Positions 1-7,196 of a stretch of 20,000 bases of DNA are shown here, one piece after another. Below the pieces are notes generated by a model that made no database searches, was not told the origin of the DNA, and saw only the letters and a program-made list of their open reading frames with translations. The first letter of the stretch is position 1, and each line of letters begins with the position of its first letter. Source of the stretch: an uncultured virus (IMG/VR IMGVR_UViG_3300019458_000025) (lineage: Duplodnaviria > Heunggongvirae > Uroviricota > Caudoviricetes); the IMG/VR virus record IMGVR_UViG_3300019458_000025; one strand, written 5' to 3'. Position numbers and translations under genes: made by a program.

Positions 1-149
1 ACCGACAGGCGCCCGCAGAGGAGGCCCAAAAGAAAGGCGCTGACCCCTACGACGACCAGAATCCAAGCGGGGATCTCGATCGCCCTTGAATCAATGAAGA
101 TGCCGAGGGCTCCGATGTCCAAAACCAGTCCAGCGAGCACGATTCGCAT
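1..149 (-). CDS. Hypothetical membrane protein (partial, runs off window start)
   Basis: ATG at 149 with GGGGAG SD; own translation MRIVLAGLVLDIGALGIFIDSRAIEIPAWILVVVGVSAFLLGLLCGRLS has two hydrophobic segments. Confidence 0.65.
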   Translation of the reverse strand, partial: MRIVLAGLVLDIGALGIFIDSRAIEIPAWILVVVGVSAFLLGLLCGRLS

Positions 150-151
150 GG

Positions 152-544
152 CTATCTCCCCTTCTTCGAGAAATGCTTCCGGGCGCAGGGGAAGCAGAAG
201 ACCTTGATGCAGTAGAGGCAGCGAATCCCTAGCTTTTGCCCCCGCGACCGGGTGATCAGCCACACGCGGGTTCCGCATCCGGCACAGCTTGAGCACACCT
301 GGCCAAGGTCCGGAGCGCGAGACTCCCGCCTTGGCGACGACGCGCAGGGCGGGCGCTTGGACATCCGAACCGGTTTAATGACGGCCGCGTGCCCTTTCTT
401 GTCGATCAAGATGAGCGTCCCGCGCCGATCGTGGGTGATGAGACAGCCTTTTCCGAATTTCCGGCGCGCTCCGGCCGTGGCCACAGTCCGGCGCCTGCGT
501 CGGAGCACCGTTACGTCCAGCTTGGGATGAAGAGATTTCGTCAT
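152..544 (-). CDS. Hypothetical protein with C-terminal Cys-rich Zn finger
   Basis: 130 aa; ATG abuts upstream TAG; CxxC x3-4 (CAGC, CLYC, CFPC..H). Confidence 0.65.
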   Translation of the reverse strand: MTKSLHPKLDVTVLRRRRRTVATAGARRKFGKGCLITHDRRGTLILIDKKGHAAVIKPVRMSKRPPCASSPRRESRAPDLGQVCSSCAGCGTRVWLITRSRGQKLGIRCLYCIKVFCFPCARKHFSKKGR

Positions 545-814
545 CTACCACTTTCCGTTGAAGACGTGCCAGACCCAGGCGTTGCAGATGACGGTCCCGA
601 TGTGGAATGTTGCTGCTTGCCAGGAGATGGGGTCCCCTGTGCGTATCACGGTAAAGCTCCGCGGCTCCTTTGGCCTTTCAGGGTCCACGAAGGCCCAGAT
701 GAAGAGCCCTTCTTCCTGGATTCCGACATGAAGAAGGCGTGACCCCATCGGAAGATCCACCGTGACGTTCCGACCGAGAGGAAGCTCGAACTTTTGGACA
801 ACGAAGGACGCCAT
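545..814 (-). CDS. Conserved phage protein, DUF7352-like
   Basis: 89 aa; pattern KFxL..LP.G.RLLHV..Q....WAFVDP...F...TG...HIGT...VWHVF typical of this phage family (recalled, not searched); GGGAG SD. Confidence 0.75.
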   Translation of the reverse strand: MASFVVQKFELPLGRNVTVDLPMGSRLLHVGIQEEGLFIWAFVDPERPKEPRSFTVIRTGDPISWQAATFHIGTVICNAWVWHVFNGKW

Positions 815-829
815 CCGGATTCTCCCGCC

Positions 830-1072
830 TTATGCATCCAGGACCGCGATACCGTATGCTTTATGCTTGGGAAATCTCCATGACTTGTATCCGCGGACCC
901 GCTCCTTGATTCCGTCCCTGTCGATTGTCAGTTCGAAACGTTGGCCGCAAAAACGGCATCTCGCGTGGCGTTTCCGGATCGGCGCTTCAAGAGAGACGTG
1001 CTCGACGCTCTGAGCGCCCCCAGGACACCAGCGTCTCGTACGATCTCTTTTCGGTTTTTTCGCTTCGCGCAT
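830..1072 (-). CDS. Hypothetical protein (CPGG...CRFCG...H Zn finger)
   Basis: ATG at 1072 overlaps upstream TAA (TAATG); 80 aa MREAKKPKR... Confidence 0.65.
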   Translation of the reverse strand: MREAKKPKRDRTRRWCPGGAQSVEHVSLEAPIRKRHARCRFCGQRFELTIDRDGIKERVRGYKSWRFPKHKAYGIAVLDA

Positions 1073-1269
1073 TAGTAAGTCCTGTGACCTGAATGGGCGT
1101 CCCGGTCGCCTCTCGGAGGCGCGTGCGGGCAGTCCGGCGCGTGCCCGGTGAAGTAGAACTCGTCGCACGAACGGCAATAGCCGCGCGAAAGATGCCTCCC
1201 GCAGCCTCCGCAGGGAGGCCCGGCCTCGACCAGCAGCCTGCGCTGCTCCTCCGGCGTCAAACTCGGCAT
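1072..1269 (-). CDS. Small Zn-finger hypothetical protein
   Basis: 65 aa; CGGC, CRSC, H..xC..H; GAGG SD. Confidence 0.65.
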   Translation of the reverse strand: MPSLTPEEQRRLLVEAGPPCGGCGRHLSRGYCRSCDEFYFTGHAPDCPHAPPRGDRDAHSGHRTY

Positions 1270-1276
1270 TCGATCC

Positions 1277-1546
1277 TCAGGCCATGAACGGCTTCCCGGT
1301 CATCCCTTCGGTGGCCAGGCGGTCGATGATCGGGAGCCAATCGACGTCCGGGCTTCCTTCCCGGCACCGGATCTGGATCGACTCGAAGAGCTTCGCCGTG
1401 CGCTCGCGTTCCCGGACGATGATCGCTCGGAAGACCAAGTCGAAGCACCGGTCGCAGTCGTCCATGAGCGAGACCGCGCAGCCGGACCGATGGGCGCCGC
1501 AGGACGGGATCACGCGGACATCGGAGCGGATCACGGACATGATCAT
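1277..1546 (-). CDS. Hypothetical protein
   Basis: ATG at 1546 with GAGGAGG SD, just downstream of promoter P1; CxxH/CxxC motifs. Confidence 0.65.
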   Translation of the reverse strand: MIMSVIRSDVRVIPSCGAHRSGCAVSLMDDCDRCFDLVFRAIIVRERERTAKLFESIQIRCREGSPDVDWLPIIDRLATEGMTGKPFMA

Positions 1547-1572
1547 GGCGGACCCTCCTCTTCCTGGCACAG

Positions 1573-1602
1573 ATGTTAACAGTCGTGGGCCGTTCGCGTC
1601 AA
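1573..1602 (-). promoter_or_regulatory. Sigma70-type promoter P1
   Basis: TTGACG-18nt-TAACAT with TG extension; shares GTTAACATCTGTG with the copy at 8377-8389. Confidence 0.7.
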
Positions 1603-1925
1603 GGAGAAACGGCGCGCTCCGGAGGTTCCGGACGGTCGTCCAGGATCACGATCTCGATCCGCATCCTCGGCCCCCCGAACGCCTTGATGACCGAGGGAAT
1701 GTCGGCAAGCGCGGCCTTGAGCCACTGGTTCGCGGTCTGCATGGACCAGAGCGAAGCGGTGATCCGGTGGGTGCTCGACAGGAGCTTCTGGACGATGAGC
1801 CCGTAGAGAGGAGGGATCTCCTTCTCGGGGATCTTGAGCCCCTTCGTGTACTCGATCAGATTCTCGAAAAGCTCCTGAGCGTGCCTGTCCAGGCGCGCGC
1901 GCATTTCGTCCCGTTCATCCGGCAT
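1599..1925 (-). CDS. Hypothetical protein
   Basis: 108 aa, ATG with GGAGG SD. Confidence 0.75.
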   Translation of the reverse strand: MPDERDEMRARLDRHAQELFENLIEYTKGLKIPEKEIPPLYGLIVQKLLSSTHRITASLWSMQTANQWLKAALADIPSVIKAFGGPRMRIEIVILDDRPEPPERAVSP

Positions 1926-1937
1926 CCATCCTCCGAT

Positions 1938-2798
1938 CTACAGGGCCGGTCCGAGCAGCGCCGCCCTTCGTTCGTCTTCGAATCGCCCGGTCGTCAACGG
2001 TTCGGAGCATGCCAGGCAGGAGACTTCGTACTCCACACGGATTCCGTAGAATACGGCCTCGCCGAACGAGGTCTTCTCCTTACGGACCGTCCGGCCTACG
2101 TTCGTGTCCTCCGCGGTCATCGACCGCGCGTCGATCTTTTCCCGTTCGGCCTTTTCGAACTCGTTCTCGTAGCGCTTCCGGCCCCGTTTGATGCATTTCA
2201 GACATCCGCCGGAGACGACTTCGGTACGGGCGATGGCTCTCCGGTGACGCGCGCAGAAGGCGACGGCGTCGCCCTTTCGGCTCCCGGCTTGAGCGCCGGT
2301 CCTGCGAGGCTTCCTGGGAACGAGATGCGTTACCCCGTCCGGCCAAACGATACCTCCCGAGATCGCATCGCGGAAACACCTCGGGCACCCTCCGTCCTCG
2401 ATATCCCTCTCGGTGAAGACCTCGAACGTGTGGTTCGAGCAGGTCGCGACGAACTCCCCGTATTCGCCGTCCGAGATCTTCATCTGGCGCGGTTTTTTGA
2501 AGCGCCGTATATGGGAAATACCGGCCTGGCCGTTCGGGATCGTCAAGCGTCCGGGCTCTCGGGGAGGAGTGGGGTAGACGTTGGCTTTGGAGCAGTCGTG
2601 GGAACAGATCTCCTTGCCGTGATCGCGCGAGAATCTGCTCCGTGCCAGGACAAAAACGGCTGCACAACGCCCGTAGGTGCAGATGCATTCGACTTCGACG
2701 ACCGCGTGGACGACGCCTTTCTTATCGACCGAGATGTCCGTGACGAGAGGAAATCCGTCTTCGAGGGCGAGGCAGTTGGCGCACTGGGGGCATCGCAT
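1938..2798 (-). CDS. Multi-Zn-finger phage protein
   Basis: 286 aa; MRCPQC start, several CxxC/CxxH pairs, C-terminal FYG..V..EVSCLAC; abuts upstream TAG. Confidence 0.8.
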   Translation of the reverse strand: MRCPQCANCLALEDGFPLVTDISVDKKGVVHAVVEVECICTYGRCAAVFVLARSRFSRDHGKEICSHDCSKANVYPTPPREPGRLTIPNGQAGISHIRRFKKPRQMKISDGEYGEFVATCSNHTFEVFTERDIEDGGCPRCFRDAISGGIVWPDGVTHLVPRKPRRTGAQAGSRKGDAVAFCARHRRAIARTEVVSGGCLKCIKRGRKRYENEFEKAEREKIDARSMTAEDTNVGRTVRKEKTSFGEAVFYGIRVEYEVSCLACSEPLTTGRFEDERRAALLGPAL

Positions 2799-3218
2799 CT
2801 AGACCTTCCCCGCCAGGAACGCTTCGATCCGGCCGATCGCAGCCCGGCATTCCTCGGCGTAGCCGGGCGTCATTTCGATCAAGCCATCCCTCAAATGGAG
2901 CGCGAACGGGCAGTGGGTCGCGGCGATTACCTGGAACCGCGCGGCCAGCCCGGGAAGGACTTCGGTCCAGAGCGAGACTTGGCGCGCGAACCGCTTGGGG
3001 AAACCCGAACGGCCGTCGTCCCCGATCGAGGGGTCCAGGAACCGCGACCATCCGGCCTCCGTTCCGGAATAGGCGCCCAGGATCTTGAGGAGCGTGGTCT
3101 TTCCGCACCCGTTCGGGCCGAAGAGGATGTTGAGGCCGGGCTTGAACGTGTACGCCCGGCCCTTGAGCGCGTCGAGCTTGATGGAGAATCCGGACGTCGC
3201 CTTGGCCTTCGTGATCAT
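2799..3218 (-). pseudogene. ABC/AAA-type ATPase with in-frame internal deletion
   Basis: 139 aa; Walker A LNILFGPNGCGKTT and H-loop QVIAATHCP present; no ABC signature or Walker B (hhhhDE) between them; ATGA overlap with upstream gene. Confidence 0.65.
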
Positions 3219-3589
3219 CCGCTTTCCATTTCGCCGACGAGGCGCCGCCAGCGCTTGACGGCCGCTCTCGCGGACCGGGCGCGGTCTTCGAACTCCTCGA
3301 TCTTCTTCTGGAGCCATGTAACGGGCGGCGCCTTGACGCGATCCCATCCGTAGCTGCACTCGCTCTGGGTCCAGGCCGCGAACTTCTGGCACCAGGATTC
3401 GACCAGATCCTTCATCACGCCCTTGTCGTCGAGATCCTCTTGCCCGACCTCGAAGAAATCGTGGGCGTCGGTCCCGCGGTTGGACCTGAGCCAGACGCGG
3501 ACCCACCTAGGCTCGTGGGCACCCGAGCGGGCGCTTGACGCTGCGGACCCGGTACCGGTGGCCCTCGAACGCGCCTTGGCGGACGTCAT
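3215..3589 (-). CDS. Hypothetical protein with C-terminal coiled coil (start uncertain)
   Basis: Protein-like sequence from ~3505 (WVRVWLRSNRGTD...); stop overlaps the ATPase ATG; nearest in-frame ATG upstream (3589) overlaps the previous gene. Confidence 0.6.
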   Translation of the reverse strand: MTSAKARSRATGTGSAASSARSGAHEPRWVRVWLRSNRGTDAHDFFEVGQEDLDDKGVMKDLVESWCQKFAAWTQSECSYGWDRVKAPPVTWLQKKIEEFEDRARSARAAVKRWRRLVGEMESG

Positions 3590-3734
3590 GCGGCGTCTCC
3601 CGATTGAGTTTCTGGGCGATCTCCACGACCTCGGACTTGTGCAAGCGTCGGGTCCCGGCCATCTCGTTCCAGGCGCCGAAGTCCCAGAACTCGACGCACC
3701 AACGTCCCTGGTTGAACATGGGCCTTCCCGTCAT
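3507..3734 (-). CDS. Hypothetical protein
   Basis: 75 aa ORF collinear with neighbours. Confidence 0.6.
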   Translation of the reverse strand: MTGRPMFNQGRWCVEFWDFGAWNEMAGTRRLHKSEVVEIAQKLNRETPHDVRQGAFEGHRYRVRSVKRPLGCPRA

Positions 3735-3806
3735 TTCCCGAAACCAAGCGCCTGCGCCGCCAACTGGCGAGCCTTGCTGTTCTTCCGCGACCAGGCCAAG
3801 AAAGGA

Positions 3807-4112
3807 CTACGCCTTGTTGTAGCCCTCGACTCCACGGGCCTCCCGGTCGGCCTTGCGATGGCTCAGCCAATGAAGGGCCTCTTCCAGCATCGTGATCGCC
3901 AGAGAATTCTCCCGACACCGGAAGGGAGCGCCCTCGCGGTTGAAGCCGTTCAGCCGGTCGATCAGGATGCGAACCACATCGGTAATCTGGCATCCGTTCA
4001 CGCCAAACTCCTTCACCGGCCCGAGTTGGAACTTGATCTTGATGTGCTCGCGCTCGATCAGAGCGGGGCTTCCGTCCATCTGCTCCTGCGCCTTCTCGCG
4101 GTCGTCCATCAT
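3807..4112 (-). CDS. tad1: Tad1/Acb2-like anti-defence nucleotide-sponge protein
   Basis: IKFQLG...G....VVRILIDRLNGF...PFRCRENSLAITMLEEALHWL..R..DR..RGVEG.NK follows the Tad1 pattern (IKFQxG..DRL..F..PF..REN..A...EEAL.W..R..DR..R.V.G) as recalled; GGAG SD before ATGATG. Confidence 0.8.
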   Translation of the reverse strand: MMDDREKAQEQMDGSPALIEREHIKIKFQLGPVKEFGVNGCQITDVVRILIDRLNGFNREGAPFRCRENSLAITMLEEALHWLSHRKADREARGVEGYNKA

Positions 4113-4122
4113 CTGCTCCGAA

Positions 4123-4311
4123 TCATTGTTCAGTGCCCTTGCGCAACCTCTTTTGTGCGGGACGATTTTTCCGCTCTTCTGCGAGCTTGTAAAATTCATC
4201 GCACATTCTCGGAAATGCGCCAAAGACGACCCGCGTTCGGCACCAATCACAGCTATCGACGTGCGCCTGTTGCTTACGAGTCGGCTTAGGGCCAGAATAA
4301 AAGCCAGCCAT
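4123..4311 (-). CDS. Small hypothetical protein (H..CDWC...C)
   Basis: 62 aa; GGAGG SD. Confidence 0.65.
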   Translation of the reverse strand: MAGFYSGPKPTRKQQAHVDSCDWCRTRVVFGAFPRMCDEFYKLAEERKNRPAQKRLRKGTEQ

Positions 4312-4325
4312 TCAACCCTCCGTGC

Positions 4326-4607
4326 CTATTGCGCCTCTACGCGCATTTCTTCCGGAACGCTCCGAGTGTTCCACCAGTTGACTGCCGCCGTCTCGTCACG
4401 GGCACTTGGGCCACTCGCCCCACACACCCTGCATATCACCCAGCAAAGGCCACCCGCCGCTGTTCCAGAATCACACACGTACCCGTTTCGCTGTTTGCAG
4501 AACGCGCACGCTTCCAATCGCAGATCACGCTTGGGCCCGATCTCGCGCGAACGTGACATCCTGCTCCTCTTCATCGAGCGCCGACGCTGGCCGTTGACAA
4601 TAGACAT
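4326..4607 (-). CDS. Lar-family restriction alleviation-like Zn-ribbon protein
   Basis: LEACAFC...VICRVCGASGP...AAVNWWNTR matches the Lar_restr_allev pattern (CPFC..CxxCGAxGP..A...WNxR); alternative start at 4559. Confidence 0.75.
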   Translation of the reverse strand: MSIVNGQRRRSMKRSRMSRSREIGPKRDLRLEACAFCKQRNGYVCDSGTAAGGLCWVICRVCGASGPSARDETAAVNWWNTRSVPEEMRVEAQ

Positions 4608-4618
4608 AAATCATTCCT

Positions 4619-4720
4619 CTATGTCCTGTATTCCACCAGTCCGCACACACGGCAGACCCACGCTGTTTCGCCGCAGCAGTAATCTTCGTGACTGATAATC
4701 CATTCGTGCTCGTGATTCAC
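4619..4720 (-). CDS. 33-aa microprotein (HEHEW...CRVCG)
   Basis: GTG overlaps upstream TGA (GTGA); MNHEHEWIISHEDYCCGETAWVCRVCGLVEYRT; not in ORF track. Confidence 0.6.
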   Translation of the reverse strand: MNHEHEWIISHEDYCCGETAWVCRVCGLVEYRT

Positions 4721-4929
4721 GGCCTTCTCCGAATGTATTCTTCCATCGCTTCCAGGCGCTCCTTTGCCTCAAGGTTCCGCATGATCTTGATGGTACGGCA
4801 ACGGCACTCAAGCTCCGGATCGGCCCGGCATGCCACACAGTTATCCGCGTAAGGGCACCCACGGAAGTGTGAGGCTTCGGCTACGAACTCCTGGCGACAC
4901 CAACCACATTTCCTCACGTTTCCGGTCAT
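4717..4929 (-). CDS. Cys-rich hypothetical protein
   Basis: 70 aa; CGWC, CVAC, CRC; GGAG SD. Confidence 0.65.
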   Translation of the reverse strand: MTGNVRKCGWCRQEFVAEASHFRGCPYADNCVACRADPELECRCRTIKIMRNLEAKERLEAMEEYIRRRP

Positions 4930-4942
4930 AGCTTACTCCGAA

Positions 4943-5131
4943 TTATTCTAAGGTCGAATTCGCCCGCCCTCGATGGGGACGCACCGCTTTGTCTTTTGGG
5001 GAACGACAGGGATCTCCCCGCCACGCGCCGCACTTGGGGCACTGCGGAAGATCACGTCTCCAAGCCTCCTCGATTGGCGAATACTTGGCGTTCGCTCGTG
5101 TGATGTTCCGTCTGGACCCCTCATTAGGCAT
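4943..5131 (-). CDS. Phage zinc-finger (CPxCxAxxGxPC...H..R) DNA-binding-like protein
   Basis: 62 aa; CPKCGAWRGDPC...PHRGR motif; GAGGG SD. Confidence 0.7.
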   Translation of the reverse strand: MPNEGSRRNITRANAKYSPIEEAWRRDLPQCPKCGAWRGDPCRSPKDKAVRPHRGRANSTLE

Positions 5132-5160
5132 TGCTCACCCTCTTGCGCTGACTATTCAGG

Positions 5161-5303
5161 CGGTGCCTTCTGGGGAGCCGGGGAACTTCCCCCCGAATCC
5201 CCCACCACAGGGGCATTTGTCCTCGGACCCCTCCGGGGCGGTCAACCCCCGTACTCGTCCGATAAGCCGCTACACTAATCACGGCACTCCCCAAAAGGCA
5301 CCG
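5161..5303 (-). ncRNA. Putative structured non-coding RNA / cis-regulatory element of unknown family
   Basis: 17-bp terminal inverted repeat (5161-5177/5287-5303; its single mismatch is G-U on minus) enclosing helices TCGGAC/GTCCGA (5223-5228/5257-5262), GGGG/CCCC and GCCG/CGGC; no convincing ORF. Confidence 0.5.
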
Positions 5304-5320
5304 ACTGGTCATTCGGTGCC
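5293..5320 (-). terminator. Possible intrinsic terminator, mutually exclusive with the 17-bp stem
   Basis: GGCACCGA-8nt-TCGGTGCC followed by TTTT on minus, immediately after a TAA. Confidence 0.45.
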
Positions 5321-5321
5321 A

Positions 5322-5405
5322 TTATGGAGCAATCTTGTCCTGTTCCCTGAGCCACTTCTTGGCTAAGATCTTCTCAGTTTCCAAGCCATAGGCCACTTTC
5401 TTCAC
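5322..5405 (-). CDS. 27-aa micro-ORF / possible leader peptide
   Basis: GGAGAGG SD, GTG; MKKVAYGLETEKILAKKWLREQDKIAP. Confidence 0.45.
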   Translation of the reverse strand: MKKVAYGLETEKILAKKWLREQDKIAP

Positions 5406-5417
5406 ATCCCTCTCCGT

Positions 5418-5819
5418 TTAGAGCGCCTTCCGAAGGGCGACGCCCTTGGTCTTGAGCGCGGCCTTGCAGATGATCCCGGGGGTCATCCACCGGACCGCCT
5501 TCGAGAGAACGACGGTCCGGGAGACCACGCAGAGCTTGGTGAGGAATCGCATGAAGACGGCCTCCGATTCTCGGGCGAGCCGTTCCCAGACGGTCCAGGC
5601 CGCCGAGATCTCGCTGCTGAACCGAGGGCATTGCGCCCAGGCTTCCTCGGAAGAGGCGTGCCATCCCCATCCGAAAAAGCCGGTTGCGCGCCCGATCGGG
5701 CGCCCATGAGGGCCGACCAATTGGTACTTCCGCGGATACTTCGGGTTGGCCGAGGCTTTCCGGACGACCTTGATGCCCATGATCTTCTCCGCGACCAGAC
5801 GGTCAAGCGTCTTCTTCAT
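5418..5819 (-). CDS. Phage ABA-sandwich domain (BC1872-like) protein
   Basis: LDRLVAEKIMG...PRFSSEISAAWTVWERL...TPGIICKAAL is the characteristic family pattern; ATGA overlap. Confidence 0.8.
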   Translation of the reverse strand: MKKTLDRLVAEKIMGIKVVRKASANPKYPRKYQLVGPHGRPIGRATGFFGWGWHASSEEAWAQCPRFSSEISAAWTVWERLARESEAVFMRFLTKLCVVSRTVVLSKAVRWMTPGIICKAALKTKGVALRKAL

Positions 5820-6442
5820 GCGTTCTTCTCCGCTTTCTCCGGCTTGTCGCTCTTGAAAAGGAGCGCGGGCGTCGTCGCCATCTTCACGAGGTCGCGGTCC
5901 AGGTTCGCGGTGGAAAGGATCTCCGTGAGCCGCTCCTTGATTTTGACCAGCGTCTCCTTCAGGCTCTGATCGAGCGCCCGAAGGGCGCGCCAGCGCTCCG
6001 CCGTATACGGGATCGTCCGGTGCGTGATCTTTGGAGAGTCGTACGCGCTCCGAAGCTCCCCAGGATTCCCCTCCATGATGTCGGCGGTCTCCTTGAAATC
6101 GTGGGACCTGCTGCCGCGCTCGGAAACCCCGCGAACGTCCCAGTACCGCCAAAAGACCCTCCGGTTGACGACCGCATGGAAGGCCCGGTAGTAGTCCAAC
6201 TCGAAGTTGTAGGGCTCCGTCTCGATCACGATCATGGGCTGCCACTCGACCTTGAGTTGGCCCCGCACGAACATGTCGGCCTGGTTCATGAGTTCGCGCG
6301 CCGTGTCCCCCTCGAAGACGGTCCCGTCCACTTCCACGCGGAAGATGTAGGTCCGCGTGTCCATCTTGAGGACGGCGGGACGGCCGTCGATCGACCATTC
6401 GGCGATGGTCTTTCCGCGCCCGCTACGTCTGAATTTACCCAT
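5816..6442 (-). CDS. Hypothetical protein
   Basis: 208 aa, GC3-rich coding pattern, C-terminal coiled coil. Confidence 0.8.
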   Translation of the reverse strand: MGKFRRSGRGKTIAEWSIDGRPAVLKMDTRTYIFRVEVDGTVFEGDTARELMNQADMFVRGQLKVEWQPMIVIETEPYNFELDYYRAFHAVVNRRVFWRYWDVRGVSERGSRSHDFKETADIMEGNPGELRSAYDSPKITHRTIPYTAERWRALRALDQSLKETLVKIKERLTEILSTANLDRDLVKMATTPALLFKSDKPEKAEKNA

Positions 6443-6620
6443 GGGATTCCGGCTTCTTTCCTTGCCTGGAGAGGAGCCTCATGTAGTCGTCCGGCGAGAG
6501 CCCGTGGCTGAGCGGCACGCCGTTCACGGGCGTCTGCTCGGGGCAAAGTTCACGGTGGACGTTCGAGTCGGGGATCTCCTTCCCGCAGTGCCTGCACCGG
6601 ATCGGCTCCTCCGCGTTCAC
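6435..6620 (-). CDS. Small C2HC Zn-finger protein
   Basis: GTGA overlap; CRHCG...H...C. Confidence 0.65.
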   Translation of the reverse strand: MNAEEPIRCRHCGKEIPDSNVHRELCPEQTPVNGVPLSHGLSPDDYMRLLSRQGKKPESHG

Positions 6621-6874
6621 GGGTTCTCGTCCTCGAACTCGGGACCGTAGAAGTCGAGCGCATCCTCGCCCTTCTCCGTGAGGCGAAGCACCGGGCGATC
6701 GGGATCGGCCTCGACGCATTCGCGGGCGATGAGATACGCAACCTCGAACCGGTCCCGGTCGAAGCGCTGGAAGCCCTTGGCGACCCGGCGAAGGACCATG
6801 CGCGCCGGAGCATCCAGCGGATCGGCCAGCCAGTGGCCGATGTTGCCGCCGCTATAGACGTGCTTACGGGGCAC
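6617..6874 (-). CDS. Small winged-helix-like protein
   Basis: 85 aa, AAGGAGG SD, C-terminal LRLTEKG wing motif. Confidence 0.7.
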   Translation of the reverse strand: MPRKHVYSGGNIGHWLADPLDAPARMVLRRVAKGFQRFDRDRFEVAYLIARECVEADPDRPVLRLTEKGEDALDFYGPEFEDENP

Positions 6875-7196
6875 TTTTAGCCTCCTTGAGGTCGGCCGCG
6901 AGCGTCCGGATGCGCTCGATGTCCTTCGTATCGACGCTGACGAAATCGCGCGCTTCCTTCTCGACGAGGACGTAGAAGCAGGTCGTCCGCTTGCCCACGG
7001 TCACGCGGCGCCGGTCGCCCCTGGAGAGGCGCGTCCGGCCGCCGAACGTCCGGATCTCCCCGCCGATCCCGCCGAAGAGGGGCGACCGGCTCGTCGGAAT
7101 CCGGACGGTCTCCGTCCGGGTCTGACCGTCCATCTGCCAGCCCATGGAAAGCAGAAGTTCGATCGCGGCCTTCACCGCGGCCTCCGTCTTGGTCAT
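6864..7196 (-). CDS. Hypothetical protein
   Basis: 110 aa from MTKTEAA; ATGA overlap with upstream gene. Confidence 0.75.
   Translation of the reverse strand: MTKTEAAVKAAIELLLSMGWQMDGQTRTETVRIPTSRSPLFGGIGGEIRTFGGRTRLSRGDRRRVTVGKRTTCFYVLVEKEARDFVSVDTKDIERIRTLAADLKEAKSAP

Noticed and set aside
1284..3353. 689-aa plus-strand ORF (also the long plus ORFs 3423-4289, 7244-8332 and 16234-17496)
   Set aside because: Antisense shadows of GC3-rich minus-strand genes; no motifs or SD, and they fully overlap well-supported genes.
4594..4599. Plus-strand TTGACA
   Set aside because: No well-spaced -10 box and no plus-strand gene downstream.
5124..5312. 62-aa minus ORF across the structured element
   Set aside because: No SD, Gly/Arg/Pro-rich composition, and the sequence is better explained by base-paired helices.
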